From Sphaerochaetaceae bacterium (GTDB taxonomy: Bacteria; Spirochaetota; Spirochaetia; Sphaerochaetales; Sphaerochaetaceae), in NCBI GenBank assembly GCA_024684115.1, contig JAIKXP010000082.1, forward strand, positions 25,975 through 89,974: 64,000 bases of DNA, read 5' to 3'. Both the position numbers and the translations under genes were made by a program. Shown one piece after another: positions 9,584 to 18,882 of this stretch. The notes under the pieces are model-generated. The model was not told where the DNA came from and made no database searches. It saw only the letters and a list, made by a program, of their open reading frames with translations. Position 1 is the first letter of the stretch. Each line of letters opens with the position of its first letter.

Positions 9584-10236
9584 GAAAATACATAACTGTT
9601 CTTTTTCTGATTGCCTTTCTCTCTGTCTTCTGCCTTACAGCTCAGAGTGTGAAAACCTATGATAACGGGCTTTTGAAGACAGAAGAGAGGGATGACGGAA
9701 CAAGAATAGTTTACACGTATTTAAACGGCAGGCTCCTGTTTACGACAGAAACTGATCCGGAGGGGAACTCAACCGTAGAGTACTACCTGAGAAGCCCTGT
9801 GGACTACAGCCTGATTGCAGTGAAAAGGGGCGGAGAGCTTAAGAGCTTTTCCGATGAAGAACTGCCCTACAGGGGAGACTTCACGGAGGATGATGAGAAG
9901 AACATTGTCTACGAAGAAGACGGTACCCTGTACACCTACACCCCCGCAGGATTATTGCTTAAGGAAGATAGGGAAGGCGTTGTAAGAGAGTACTCCTACG
10001 ACGGTTCAGGGGCCCTGACAAAGAGTGTTACCAGAACGGATAATACTGTCAGGGAAGAGGTTTTTGAGGGCGGAAAGCTTTCTTCCTACACCATCTATGA
10101 GAATAATCAGATAAAGGAAAGCGGAGAGTACAGTCCTCAGGGACTTGTGAAAACAATCTACAACCGCTCAAAAGCTGTTGCAAGAATTACCTACGGAAAG
10201 GATCTTATCAAGGTTCTGAGCATTGAGTACCTGTAA
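9580..10236 (+). CDS. Secreted beta-rich repeat protein (YD/MORN-variant-like repeats), function unknown
   Basis: Signal peptide MRKYITVLFLIAFLSVFCLTAQS. Repeated Y..G.L/Y.Y...G motifs. ATGA overlap with the ftsY stop and TAATG overlap with the downstream permease. Confidence 0.55.
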   Translation: MRKYITVLFLIAFLSVFCLTAQSVKTYDNGLLKTEERDDGTRIVYTYLNGRLLFTTETDPEGNSTVEYYLRSPVDYSLIAVKRGGELKSFSDEELPYRGDFTEDDEKNIVYEEDGTLYTYTPAGLLLKEDREGVVREYSYDGSGALTKSVTRTDNTVREEVFEGGKLSSYTIYENNQIKESGEYSPQGLVKTIYNRSKAVARITYGKDLIKVLSIEYL

Positions 10237-11435
10237 TGTTTATTTTAAAGACGGCTTTCAGATATGCGTTCTCAAAATCAGGCGGCAGAAGACGATCGGC
10301 AGTCATGCAGATTCTCGGTATAGCTGCCGGTGTTCTTGCGCTTATGGTAGTCAGTGCCGTCATGAACGCCCTCCAGTCCACCCAGCTTCAGAACCTCAGG
10401 GACATAGAGTCCTTTGACCTCACCGTAATTTCAGAGGTCCTCAGCAAGGAAGACATTAAGGCTCTGGACAGTTCCTGCCGTGTGTATGAGAGTGCAGAGA
10501 CGGCGGTACTGATTGTTGACAGAAGCTCGGGAATGAGCACCAGTGCAAGGGTACGCGCGGCCGAAAAAAGTCTCTTCACTGACCCAAGATTTTCTTCCGG
10601 TGTAGTGTTTTACACCGACACTGAGCAGATGGGGTTAAACGGGGCTTTTTCGTTTACCATGATCAGAAACCTCAACATGAGTGCAGAAGATGAACTGGAG
10701 ATTACGTTCCTGAGGCCAGGAAAGACTGCAACCATAGTGCCCTATAATTATTCTTCTTCTCTCGGCGGTATTTACGGCTCAAGCATGAGTGACTACAGCT
10801 CTTCAACTGTACTGATGAGCCTTGATGCACTTAAAGAGATTAATCCCGGCACTAAGGTCTGCTACGCTGTATATACGGATATGAGCAGCATAAAGCTCTC
10901 TTCACTTATTAGGGAAGCAGACCCTGATGCCCAGGTTATGACCTGGCAGGAATACAACAGAGCCATATACTCAGCCTTAACCCTTGAAAAGACAATTATG
11001 TACGTGTTTCTCGGTTTCATGTTCCTCATTCTGTGCGTGAATCTCAAGAACACCACAAAGAGGCTTCTTAAGGCCAAACAGTCAGAGGGAGCCATGCTTA
11101 TGGCCCTGGGCTGCACGAGGAAAAAGGTCAACCTCATCTTCATACTCCAGGCACTTATAATCTGTCTTCTGGGAGAGGTTCTGGGGGTTGTGCTGGGGCA
11201 GCTGGCCGTGTCAAACATTCAGAACATACTTAAGGCTGTTGATGAAGCTGTTTATATTCTTACTTCCAGGCGTACCATCCTTACGGGAATACCGTTTGAT
11301 GCAAGCATAGGTTTTGGAGAGATTTTATTCATTTGTCTCTCGGTACTTCTTATGGTGTATATACTTATAAAAGCCGGATGCAGAAAGATCTTCAGAAAGC
11401 AGATTATGGAGGTGATTGCAAATGTACCCGATTGA
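10236..11435 (+). CDS. ABC transporter permease, FtsX/LolC-LolE family
   Basis: 399 aa. It has an N-terminal TM, a large periplasmic loop, and C-terminal FtsX-type TMs. Confidence 0.8.
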   Translation: MFILKTAFRYAFSKSGGRRRSAVMQILGIAAGVLALMVVSAVMNALQSTQLQNLRDIESFDLTVISEVLSKEDIKALDSSCRVYESAETAVLIVDRSSGMSTSARVRAAEKSLFTDPRFSSGVVFYTDTEQMGLNGAFSFTMIRNLNMSAEDELEITFLRPGKTATIVPYNYSSSLGGIYGSSMSDYSSSTVLMSLDALKEINPGTKVCYAVYTDMSSIKLSSLIREADPDAQVMTWQEYNRAIYSALTLEKTIMYVFLGFMFLILCVNLKNTTKRLLKAKQSEGAMLMALGCTRKKVNLIFILQALIICLLGEVLGVVLGQLAVSNIQNILKAVDEAVYILTSRRTILTGIPFDASIGFGEILFICLSVLLMVYILIKAGCRKIFRKQIMEVIANVPD

Positions 11436-12117
11436 ACTTGTTAAGGTTTCAAAGAGCTTTCCCGCTGTTGAAAAGGGGGAGAAGGATCTTCTGATTCTTG
11501 ATCAAATAGACCTTGCCGTAGAAGACGGTGTTTCCACTGCAATCATAGGAAAAAGCGGAAGCGGAAAGAGTACACTGCTGCAGATAGCAGGAGGACTTGA
11601 TAAACCCGTTTCCGGTCAGGTCTTCTGCAGCGGTACGGATTTTGCAACCCTCTCGGACAGGGACAAGTCCTACCAGAGAAACAGGCACATAGGCTTCATC
11701 TTCCAGGCAAACCTTCTTCTTGAAGATTTTTCCGCCCTTGAAAACGTTATGTCTCCGGCCCTGATAGCAGGAAAAACGGAGAAGGAGTGCAGGGACAGGG
11801 CTGTCATGCTTCTTGAAAGAACGGGACTTAAGGAGAGGATGAACCACTATCCGGCCCAGCTGAGCGGAGGAGAAAAACAGAGGGTGGCTATCTGCAGGGC
11901 CCTGATGAATGACCCTGATGTAATTCTTGCAGATGAACCCACAGGAGCTCTGGATGAAGAGAACGCATCTGCTGTTGAAGACCTTCTCATAGAGCTCGCA
12001 GGAACAGAGAAGAAGAGTCTTCTTCTTGTTACCCACAACAACGACTTTGCTTCAAGGTGTGATAAGGTTTATCTTCTTAAGAACCGTAAACTTACACTTT
12101 TAAAGGATGAGAAATGA
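11422..12117 (+). CDS. lolD: ABC transporter ATP-binding protein, LolD/MacB-type
   Basis: Walker A GKSGSGKST, signature LSGGEKQRVAICRAL, Walker B ILADEPTGALD. GGAGG lies 9 nt before ATG 11422; the track start is TTG 11416. Confidence 0.85.
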   Translation: MYPIELVKVSKSFPAVEKGEKDLLILDQIDLAVEDGVSTAIIGKSGSGKSTLLQIAGGLDKPVSGQVFCSGTDFATLSDRDKSYQRNRHIGFIFQANLLLEDFSALENVMSPALIAGKTEKECRDRAVMLLERTGLKERMNHYPAQLSGGEKQRVAICRALMNDPDVILADEPTGALDEENASAVEDLLIELAGTEKKSLLLVTHNNDFASRCDKVYLLKNRKLTLLKDEK

Positions 12118-13277
12118 ATCCGTTTGTAAGAAAGGCTGCAGTTAAAAGAATAAGAACCGGACAGAAGCTCACAGGCTGCTTCATACTGATTGCGCTTGTG
12201 ACATCTCCCCTTGTCTTTGCGCTTATCTTTTCTGAAAGCATGATGAACGGAATTACGGAGAAGTACATATGCCTGTCCGACGGCCACATACAGACCTCCC
12301 AGAGTACTGAAAACATACCTGAAGAGATGATTTATTCTTCGGATAAGGTCTTAAGTGCAAATGTTCTGATCTATTCTTCTACTGAAACCTCTCCGCTCTA
12401 CGTCAAGGGAGTGGAAAAGAGCTATTTCAACGAAAGAAGAAACTCCCAGATGCACATTCTTGAAGAGAGGAAGGAAGGGGAAGGCAGTTCAAACCTTGGA
12501 GGAATAACCATTAGCCGCTACACGGCCCAGAAACTCGGAGTAAGTGTCGGGGACAAGGTTGCACTGATGATAGTGCCTGAAGACACATCAAAGACAATAA
12601 GGCCTGTTCTTGCAGTGGTAGATAAGATTTTCTACACCGGTTATGACACTCTGGATAAGCTTTTGTCCTATGTTGATTACTCCTACGCCGAGAAGGTCTT
12701 CGGCTCTTCTTCATTCTGCAACGAGATACTTGTAAACCCTTCCTACGCCGAGCGCCTTAATGAGGTTGTCTCTTATCTTGACAACCCGCAGCTGGCTTCG
12801 CTCTGGACATCTAAAAACTCTTCCATCTACCAGAACTTTATCTCAAGCCGTCAGATGATAATAATCATCCTCCTTCTGGTTGTGTTTGTTGCAGCTTTCT
12901 ATACTGCCTCAGTTGCCAACCAGATAGTTGAAGAAGACATGAAGAGAATAGCTATCTCAAAACTGATCGGGGCCAGTGACAGGCAGGTGCGCTCTTCCGT
13001 TTTCATAAGCGTCTATATCGTTACCATATCAGGAATTATCTGTGGCTGTATTCTTGGTCTTCTTCTTTCCTTCAATATGGGGCCAATTCTTTCAGCCCTT
13101 TCAAAGGCAGGAATTGAAAGCCTTTCATTCTACCTGCTGGACTTTGATATAGTTGTTCCTTACACCACAGTCATGCTTCTTATGGCTGCTCTTCTTGTAA
13201 TAAGTTTCATCTCCGTAAAGCTTACCTTAAGGCGAACCGTGAAGATAACGCCCGTCCAACTGTTCACAAGTTTGTAA
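12114..13277 (+). CDS. ABC transporter permease, FtsX/LolC-LolE family (second copy)
   Basis: 387 aa with the same topology as 10236..11435. ATGA overlap with the ATPase stop. Confidence 0.8.
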   Translation: MNPFVRKAAVKRIRTGQKLTGCFILIALVTSPLVFALIFSESMMNGITEKYICLSDGHIQTSQSTENIPEEMIYSSDKVLSANVLIYSSTETSPLYVKGVEKSYFNERRNSQMHILEERKEGEGSSNLGGITISRYTAQKLGVSVGDKVALMIVPEDTSKTIRPVLAVVDKIFYTGYDTLDKLLSYVDYSYAEKVFGSSSFCNEILVNPSYAERLNEVVSYLDNPQLASLWTSKNSSIYQNFISSRQMIIIILLLVVFVAAFYTASVANQIVEEDMKRIAISKLIGASDRQVRSSVFISVYIVTISGIICGCILGLLLSFNMGPILSALSKAGIESLSFYLLDFDIVVPYTTVMLLMAALLVISFISVKLTLRRTVKITPVQLFTSL

Positions 13278-13295
13278 AACTGTTATTCTTCTCCC

Positions 13296-14219
13296 ATGAG
13301 TTTTGAAGTTTTTGTTCTTGGTACAAGCGGTATGCAGCCCCTCCCGGGCAGGTTTCTTACTTCTGCCATGGTCAGAAGGGAAGGAGATCTGTTTCTCTTT
13401 GACTGCGGAGAAGGCACACAGGTAAGTCTTAAGATGCTTAACCTGCATTGGAAGAAGATTTCTTCCATCTTTATTTCACACATGCATGCCGACCATGTAA
13501 CAGGGCTTCCGGGACTTCTCATGCTTTCTTCCCAGGTCGACAGAACTGAGCCTCTGTACATTTACGGACCTGAGAAGCTCAAGGATTATGTTGAAGCCAA
13601 CAGAAAACTCCTTGATATGTATATAAACTACCAGATAAAGTTTGTTCCCGTAACACCAGGCGTTATAGTTGAAAATGATGAATACACCGTTGAAGCCGTT
13701 CCTCTTCTTCATACAAAGCCCTGCTTTGGCTATGTGCTTAAGGAAAAAGACAGGGCAGGTGAGTTCTCAGTTGAAAACGCAAAGGCACTGGGAGTACCTA
13801 TGGGACCCATGTGGGGACAGCTCCAGAGAGGAATGAGCGTAGAGCTTGAAGACGGAAGAACCGTTAATCCTCAGGAAGTTCTGGGTCAGCCGAGAAAAGG
13901 AATCAAGTTCTCATACATAACGGATACCATGTACATGTCATACATCTCAGAGCATGTTAAGGATTCAGATCTGCTTCTGTGCGAAGGCATGTTCACAAGA
14001 GAGCTTTCCCAGGATGCCTTTGAGAAGAAGCACATGACAAGCACACAGAGTGCGACAATTGCCAGGGATGGCAGGGTAAAACAGCTTGGACTCATCCATT
14101 ACAGCCCGAGATACACGGACAGAGAACTTTTAAGGCTAAAAGACGAAGCCTGTGAAGTCTTTGAGAATACCGTGCTGTGTAAGGACAGGATGAGCTTTAC
14201 TCTGAGTCACCAGGATTAA
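13296..14219 (+). CDS. rnz: Ribonuclease Z (tRNA 3' endonuclease)
   Basis: Metallo-beta-lactamase motif HMHADHVTGLPGLL, ~307 aa, with the characteristic N-terminus FLGTSG..P. Confidence 0.88.
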   Translation: MSFEVFVLGTSGMQPLPGRFLTSAMVRREGDLFLFDCGEGTQVSLKMLNLHWKKISSIFISHMHADHVTGLPGLLMLSSQVDRTEPLYIYGPEKLKDYVEANRKLLDMYINYQIKFVPVTPGVIVENDEYTVEAVPLLHTKPCFGYVLKEKDRAGEFSVENAKALGVPMGPMWGQLQRGMSVELEDGRTVNPQEVLGQPRKGIKFSYITDTMYMSYISEHVKDSDLLLCEGMFTRELSQDAFEKKHMTSTQSATIARDGRVKQLGLIHYSPRYTDRELLRLKDEACEVFENTVLCKDRMSFTLSHQD

Positions 14220-14472
14220 GCGGCTCTTCAGGAATCTCCTCATCAATTAATTCTTCTGATTCTTCCTCCGGATCCGGAGCTTCTACATCATATGCGGAAG
14301 GATCATCTTCTACGCAGACATATCCGAAGTAGGCATCCGGGTAGGAGTTTGGAGGCAGTTTGTCAGAATGAATGCTGTCCTCAGATTTTTTTGCACTGTG
14401 AACAGTGCCTGTAATCAGGACTACAAGGAAAATGAGGATAAAAACAAGTTTCAGTATAAGCACCAAGCTCAA
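14197..14472 (-). CDS. Small membrane protein with an acidic C-terminal tail (hypothetical)
   Basis: 91 aa. One N-terminal TM (LVFILIFLVVLITG) and an Asp/Glu/Pro-rich tail. The 3' end overlaps rnz by 23 nt. Confidence 0.4.
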   Translation of the reverse strand: MSLVLILKLVFILIFLVVLITGTVHSAKKSEDSIHSDKLPPNSYPDAYFGYVCVEDDPSAYDVEAPDPEEESEELIDEEIPEEPLNPGDSE

Positions 14473-14522
14473 AACACACCTCTTTCATAATTTCATGTTT
14501 GTGATTATTATAAAAAACGACA

Positions 14523-15014
14523 ATGCAGAAGACAATAAAATACCTGATTATTTTTATAGCTTTAGCCTCAGGATTTTTCTTTTTGCTGACCGGAATCTTC
14601 GGTTCCAGAGGTGTTCTTGATAACAGAGCCCTTAAAAGCCAGCTCAGGGTAGTCGAATACGAGGAAGATAAGCTGAATATGGAGCTTGAATCCCTTGAAA
14701 ACCAGAGGGACAGCCTTTCAACAGAGGAAGGGCTCAGGAACGCTGCCATTAACCTCGGGTATTATGTTGAGGGAGATGAGGTCTACAGGTTTGCCACTCC
14801 TGCCCTTCAGGAAAGTGTAACCATACCCGTAACAACGCCAACAGCTATTGAATATACTCCCCTTAAACCTATACTATGCTTTTTAATCGCAACTGCTGCA
14901 GCAGCACTGGCTGTTCTTGTTGTTGCACTTATTGATTCAAGAAGGAACAGTTTAAATGATTTTGAACAAAGCAAACCCGGAAACAATTCAGACACTTTCT
15001 ACATTGATGGCTGA
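14523..15014 (+). CDS. Septum formation initiator-like protein (FtsB/DivIC family)
   Basis: An N-terminal TM, then a coiled coil (LKSQLRVVEYEEDKLNMELESLENQ), then EEGLRNAAINLGYYVEGDEVYRF, typical of the family. It has an extra C-terminal TM. Confidence 0.6.
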   Translation: MQKTIKYLIIFIALASGFFFLLTGIFGSRGVLDNRALKSQLRVVEYEEDKLNMELESLENQRDSLSTEEGLRNAAINLGYYVEGDEVYRFATPALQESVTIPVTTPTAIEYTPLKPILCFLIATAAAALAVLVVALIDSRRNSLNDFEQSKPGNNSDTFYIDG

Positions 15015-15513
15015 TGGAGCAGTTGTAGTACTTCCGTGTGATACAATTTACGGCCTCTGCGCAATCTACGGTATAGGAGAAAAACCATTGAAGGAAATCA
15101 AGGGCAGGGACGCAGCAAAGCCGTTTCTTGTTCTTGCTACAAAGGAGCAGGCAAAGAAACTTGCCGGAAAGATTCCTCAGAAGATTCTCGACGGGTGGCC
15201 GGCACCTTTTACAGCCATTCTTGAGAAGGAAGACGGCAGTACGATAGGTATCAGGGTTCCGGATGATCCTTTTCTGCAGAAGCTTCTTGAAAAACTCGGT
15301 TCTCCAGTCTATTCAACCAGCGTAAACATGTCAGGTGAGCCGACCCTTGTTGATTTCCACTCAATCTGCAACAGGTTTGAAGCCCTGGTAGACTGTCTTG
15401 TAAGGGGACCGGAGATTCAGGGAAAGGTTGCTTCTACAATTATTGATGCCACAAAGAGACCTTTTAAAGTTATAAGACAGGGACTCTATAACGCTGAAAA
15501 CCTTACAGTCTGA
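15007..15513 (+). CDS. tsaC: L-threonylcarbamoyladenylate synthase (TsaC/YrdC family)
   Basis: VLPCDTIYGLCA, KGRDAAKPFLVL and SVNMSGEP motifs. No Sua5 C-terminal domain. The start could instead be 14956. Confidence 0.82.
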   Translation: MADGAVVVLPCDTIYGLCAIYGIGEKPLKEIKGRDAAKPFLVLATKEQAKKLAGKIPQKILDGWPAPFTAILEKEDGSTIGIRVPDDPFLQKLLEKLGSPVYSTSVNMSGEPTLVDFHSICNRFEALVDCLVRGPEIQGKVASTIIDATKRPFKVIRQGLYNAENLTV

Positions 15514-15856
15514 CTGTAAAGCCTCTTTCTATTGCTATCTCTGAAACCTGAACTATCAGGTAAATCAGGGTAATTATCAGAATTCTTATGATACTCTTGA
15601 AAAAATAACCCGCTTCAAAGGTGTAATCCGTTATCCAGAAAAGAAAAGAGAACAGGATTACTATGGCGTTTACTGCAAGAAGGGAGAAGTAGGAAGCATC
15701 TATAAGCCTCAGGTAAAAGGAAGTGAAGTCTTCCGATACATTGAAGAAAAATATATAAAAATGCAGTGCAATCATAAGAATGAAAACAAAGGTCCCGTAT
15801 GTGGACAGTTCATTCAAAATACTAAGCACTCTTCTTTTCCCGATCATAGAACACAT
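15503..15856 (-). CDS. Hypothetical integral membrane protein
   Basis: 117 aa with three or four hydrophobic segments. No family recognised. Confidence 0.4.
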   Translation of the reverse strand: MCSMIGKRRVLSILNELSTYGTFVFILMIALHFYIFFFNVSEDFTSFYLRLIDASYFSLLAVNAIVILFSFLFWITDYTFEAGYFFKSIIRILIITLIYLIVQVSEIAIERGFTVRL

Positions 15857-15915
15857 TTTATCCGTTTAGTTGATTATGGTCTACATTAAAGATAAGGCTC
15901 AGAATTTTAAATTTG

Positions 15916-15943
15916 TTGCATTTTGTTGCAAAGGCTTTATACT
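15916..15943 (+). promoter_or_regulatory. Candidate promoter TTGCAT-16 nt-TATACT for the DUF1015 gene
   Basis: Hexamers read directly, ~30 nt upstream of ATG 15975. Confidence 0.4.
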
Positions 15944-15974
15944 GAGAATAGAAATAGATATATGGGGGTGTCCT

Positions 15975-17267
15975 ATGCTCAGTTTCGAAAAAATGGGCTT
16001 AAAGCCGGCTGATATTCTTATTCCAAAGAAATCTGTAGACCTTAAAAAATGGGCCGTTGTTGCCTGTGACCAGTATACGTCTGAAAAAGACTACTGGAAG
16101 AAAGCTGAGGAATATGTAGGTGACAGTCCCTCAACATTAAACCTCATTTTCCCCGAATGCTATCTTGAAGACGGAGATTCAAAAGAAAGAATAGAGAAGA
16201 TTAACAGAACAATGAGCAGTTATGTCTCTCAGGGTATGTTTGACACATATTCAGACTGTTTCTTCCTTGTTAAGAGAACCTGCGGCTCATCTTCCAGACT
16301 CGGACTTATGGCAGCCCTGGACCTTGACCGCTACAGCTGGGAAAAGGATTCAAAGAGCCTCATAAGGGCAACTGAAGGAACCATCCTTTCAAGAATTCCG
16401 CCGAGAAAGGAAATCAGAAAAGATGCAGGACTTGAAATTCCTCACATCATGGTTCTCATTTCAGATGACAAAAAGGAGATTATTGAGGGCCTCTACGCAA
16501 AGTCCGAAAACCTTGAGAAGGTCTATGATACAGAGCTTATGGCTGAGGGCGGAAAAGTTGAAGCCTGGCTTGTAAACAGAGAGAAGGATCTTGAAGCAGT
16601 AAGACAGGGCTTTGAAAGGCTCTATGAGAACCTCAACCCTGAGAACCCGCTTCTCTTTGCAATGGGAGACGGAAACCACAGCTTTGCAACTGCAAAGAGC
16701 TGCTGGGAAGACATAAAGATGCATCTTTCCGAAGAAGAGAGGGAAAACCATCCTGCAAGATTCTGTCTTGTTGAACTTGAGAACATATTTGACCCGGGTC
16801 TTGTATTTGAACCTATCCACAGGGTTCTTTTCGGAGTGCCTGAAGAAGTATTCCTTTCAGAGCTCAGCAAGGCTGCCGACGGACTTGAGTTTGAAACTGT
16901 CAAGTGCAAGGGCTGCATAGCTTCCCGTAATGAAGACCAGAGCGTACAGGGCTTTGGATACTGCACTGAAGACAAGCACGTATATGTCAGAGTCAGAAAG
17001 CCTCAGGCAAATATTGCTGCCGGTACTATCCAGAAGGTTCTTGATTCACTTATTTCAAAGGGCTACACGGTTGACTACATTCATGGAATAGATGTTACTG
17101 ACAAGCTCGGAAGCGAGAAGGGCAATATTGGAATTTTCCTTCCTGCAATAGACAAGGCCACATTCTTTGAAACAATCATCAAGGACGGAGCCCTTCCGAG
17201 AAAGACCTTCTCAATGGGAGAAGCCAACGAGAAGCGTTTCTACATGGAGTGCCGCTGCATAAAATAA
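15975..17267 (+). CDS. DUF1015 family protein
   Basis: MLSFEKMGLKPADILIP...WAVVACDQYTS... matches the DUF1015 N-terminal signature as I remember it. The track start 15870 would lie across the predicted promoter. Confidence 0.7.
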   Translation: MLSFEKMGLKPADILIPKKSVDLKKWAVVACDQYTSEKDYWKKAEEYVGDSPSTLNLIFPECYLEDGDSKERIEKINRTMSSYVSQGMFDTYSDCFFLVKRTCGSSSRLGLMAALDLDRYSWEKDSKSLIRATEGTILSRIPPRKEIRKDAGLEIPHIMVLISDDKKEIIEGLYAKSENLEKVYDTELMAEGGKVEAWLVNREKDLEAVRQGFERLYENLNPENPLLFAMGDGNHSFATAKSCWEDIKMHLSEEERENHPARFCLVELENIFDPGLVFEPIHRVLFGVPEEVFLSELSKAADGLEFETVKCKGCIASRNEDQSVQGFGYCTEDKHVYVRVRKPQANIAAGTIQKVLDSLISKGYTVDYIHGIDVTDKLGSEKGNIGIFLPAIDKATFFETIIKDGALPRKTFSMGEANEKRFYMECRCIK

Positions 17268-17354
17268 AAAATTTATAAATTCGTCTGTTTTACTCTTTTC
17301 AAAGTCTTCTAATTCTGATAGGTTTCTCTCTTAGAAAATTTGAGGAGGAAGCGG

Positions 17355-17429
17355 ATGAAGTCTGAAAAGTCTATCTACAGAAATGAATTCACTATTTTCC
17401 TCGAATTGGTTTCAGGATTTGAATTTTAA
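17355..17429 (+). CDS. Candidate 24-codon leader peptide (MKSEKSIYRNEFTIFLELVSGFEF)
   Basis: GAGGAGG at 17342-17348 lies 6 nt before the ATG. The TAA stop abuts the hairpin at 17430. It is too short to appear in the ORF track. Confidence 0.35.
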   Translation: MKSEKSIYRNEFTIFLELVSGFEF

Positions 17430-17460
17430 GGCAATCACTTTTGTGGTTGTCTTTTTTTTT
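17430..17460 (+). terminator. Intrinsic terminator-like hairpin with a T9 tract in the uracil permease leader (candidate attenuator)
   Basis: GGCAATCAC-TTTT-GTGGTTGTC forms 9 bp, including 2 G-U pairs, followed by nine T. It sits 22 nt upstream of the permease ATG. Confidence 0.5.
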
Positions 17461-17481
17461 AAGTTTGTAAGGAGTAGTCAG

Positions 17482-18858
17482 ATGACAAAAAACAACGCAC
17501 AGCAGCCTATCAGGGATGCATCAAAGCTTGGAAAACCAAAGATGATGGTTCTCGGATTACAGCACCTGTTTGCCATGTTCGGCGCAACAGTTCTCGTACC
17601 AATTCTCGTTAATTCTTTCGGTCTTCCACTGTCCATGCAGACAACACTGCTTATGGCAGGACTTGGAACTCTTCTCTTCCATTTCATAACAAAGTTCAGG
17701 GTTCCGGCATTTCTCGGTTCTTCTTTTGCCTTCCTCGGCGGTTATGCAGCAATTGCAGCACTTAATACAGGAAAGTATGCAACTATCTCAGCAGCAGAAA
17801 AGCTCCAGTATGCAGGTGGCGGAATTGTAGTAGCAGGTCTTCTCTACCTTGTCCTTGCACTTATCATGAAGGTTGTCGGAGTCAGAAAGGTCATGAGGTT
17901 CCTTCCTCCTATCGTAACAGGTCCGATCATCATTCTTATCGGTCTTAACCTTGCTCCTTCAGCAGTTTCAAACGCAGCTACCAACTGGCCGCTTGCAATC
18001 CTTGCAATGGGAATTATCATAGTAGCAAACATCTGGGGTAAGGGCATGATCAAGATCATTCCTATCCTCCTCGGTGTAGTAGGTTCCTACGTAGTAGCCC
18101 TTGTAGCCAACATGTTCGGCGCAAACCTGATTGACTTCACTGCAGTAAAGGAAGCTGCCTGGATCGGTCTTCCACAGTTCTGCACAAACTTCTCAGGTTC
18201 AATAGCAAAGTTCGACCTTACAGCCATCCTTGTCATGGCACCGATTGCAGTTGCAGCCATGATGGAACATATTGGTGACATCTCAGCTATCTCAGCAACA
18301 GTCGGAGAGAACTTCGTAGAAAACCCGGGCCTCAACAGAACACTTCTCGGTGACGGTCTTGCAACAGCTCTCTCAGCCTTCTTCGGCGGTCCTGCAAACA
18401 CAACATACGGTGAGAACACAGGAGTCCTGGTTCTTTCAAAGGTCTACGACCCGAAGGTAATCAGACTTGCAGCAATCTACGCAATTGTCCTCTCCTTCTG
18501 CCCGAAGTTCTCAGCTCTGATCAACTCCCTCCCGACAGCAATTGTCGGCGGTGTATCCTTCATCCTCTACGGTATGATCTCAGCAATCGGAGTCAGAAAC
18601 GTAGTAGAGAACAGAGTTGACTTCACACAGTCAAGAAACCTGATCATAGGTGCAATCATCCTGGTCTGCGGCCTCGGATTCACAGGCGGAATCACATTCT
18701 CAATCGGCGGAGCAAGCATTACACTTACTTCCCTCGCAATTGCATCAATCGCAGGTATCCTGATGAACGCAATCCTTCCCGGCAAGGACTATGTCTTCAC
18801 AGCTGACACAGACAACTCAAGAGAAGGAACACACCCGGGCGATCTCGGAAGTTTCTGA
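17482..18858 (+). CDS. uraA: Uracil/xanthine permease (NCS2 family)
   Basis: Multi-TM protein with NCS2 motifs (LGLQHLFAMFGATVLVP, NTTYGENTGVL). AAGGAG lies 8 nt before ATG 17482. The track start 17383 would run through the terminator. Confidence 0.85.
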   Translation: MTKNNAQQPIRDASKLGKPKMMVLGLQHLFAMFGATVLVPILVNSFGLPLSMQTTLLMAGLGTLLFHFITKFRVPAFLGSSFAFLGGYAAIAALNTGKYATISAAEKLQYAGGGIVVAGLLYLVLALIMKVVGVRKVMRFLPPIVTGPIIILIGLNLAPSAVSNAATNWPLAILAMGIIIVANIWGKGMIKIIPILLGVVGSYVVALVANMFGANLIDFTAVKEAAWIGLPQFCTNFSGSIAKFDLTAILVMAPIAVAAMMEHIGDISAISATVGENFVENPGLNRTLLGDGLATALSAFFGGPANTTYGENTGVLVLSKVYDPKVIRLAAIYAIVLSFCPKFSALINSLPTAIVGGVSFILYGMISAIGVRNVVENRVDFTQSRNLIIGAIILVCGLGFTGGITFSIGGASITLTSLAIASIAGILMNAILPGKDYVFTADTDNSREGTHPGDLGSF

Positions 18859-18882
18859 TAAATACAATACAAATCTTAAAGG

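Noticed and set aside
11449-12036. A long (195 aa) antisense ORF inside the LolD-like ATPase gene. Similar long antisense ORFs occur at 6753-7190 (prfB), 23835-24326 (zinc-ribbon gene), 33702-34292 (scpA/scpB), 35560-36075 (recA/dtd), 46428-47018 (pnp), 50726-51268 (infB) and 52049-52609 (nusA).
   Set aside because: Each lies entirely opposite a gene with unambiguous conserved motifs. Their products are low-complexity or Cys/Leu/Ser-rich with no recognisable motifs or SD sites. Stop-poor antisense frames of this kind are expected from the codon bias here.
17268-17354. I looked for a PyrR-binding loop or a known riboswitch upstream of the uracil permease.
   Set aside because: I could not find the ARUCCAGAGAGG-type PyrR motif or any riboswitch core that I recognise. 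Only the uORF and terminator architecture is supported.
15870-17481. N-terminal extensions proposed by the longest-ORF track for several genes: DUF1015 (15870), uracil permease (17383), tgt (42348), dut (45171), scpA (34724) and comF (54694).
   Set aside because: The extensions run through predicted promoters or terminators, or overlap the upstream gene by more than 100 nt. Internal Mets with SD sites or ATGA coupling give N-termini that match the family consensus.
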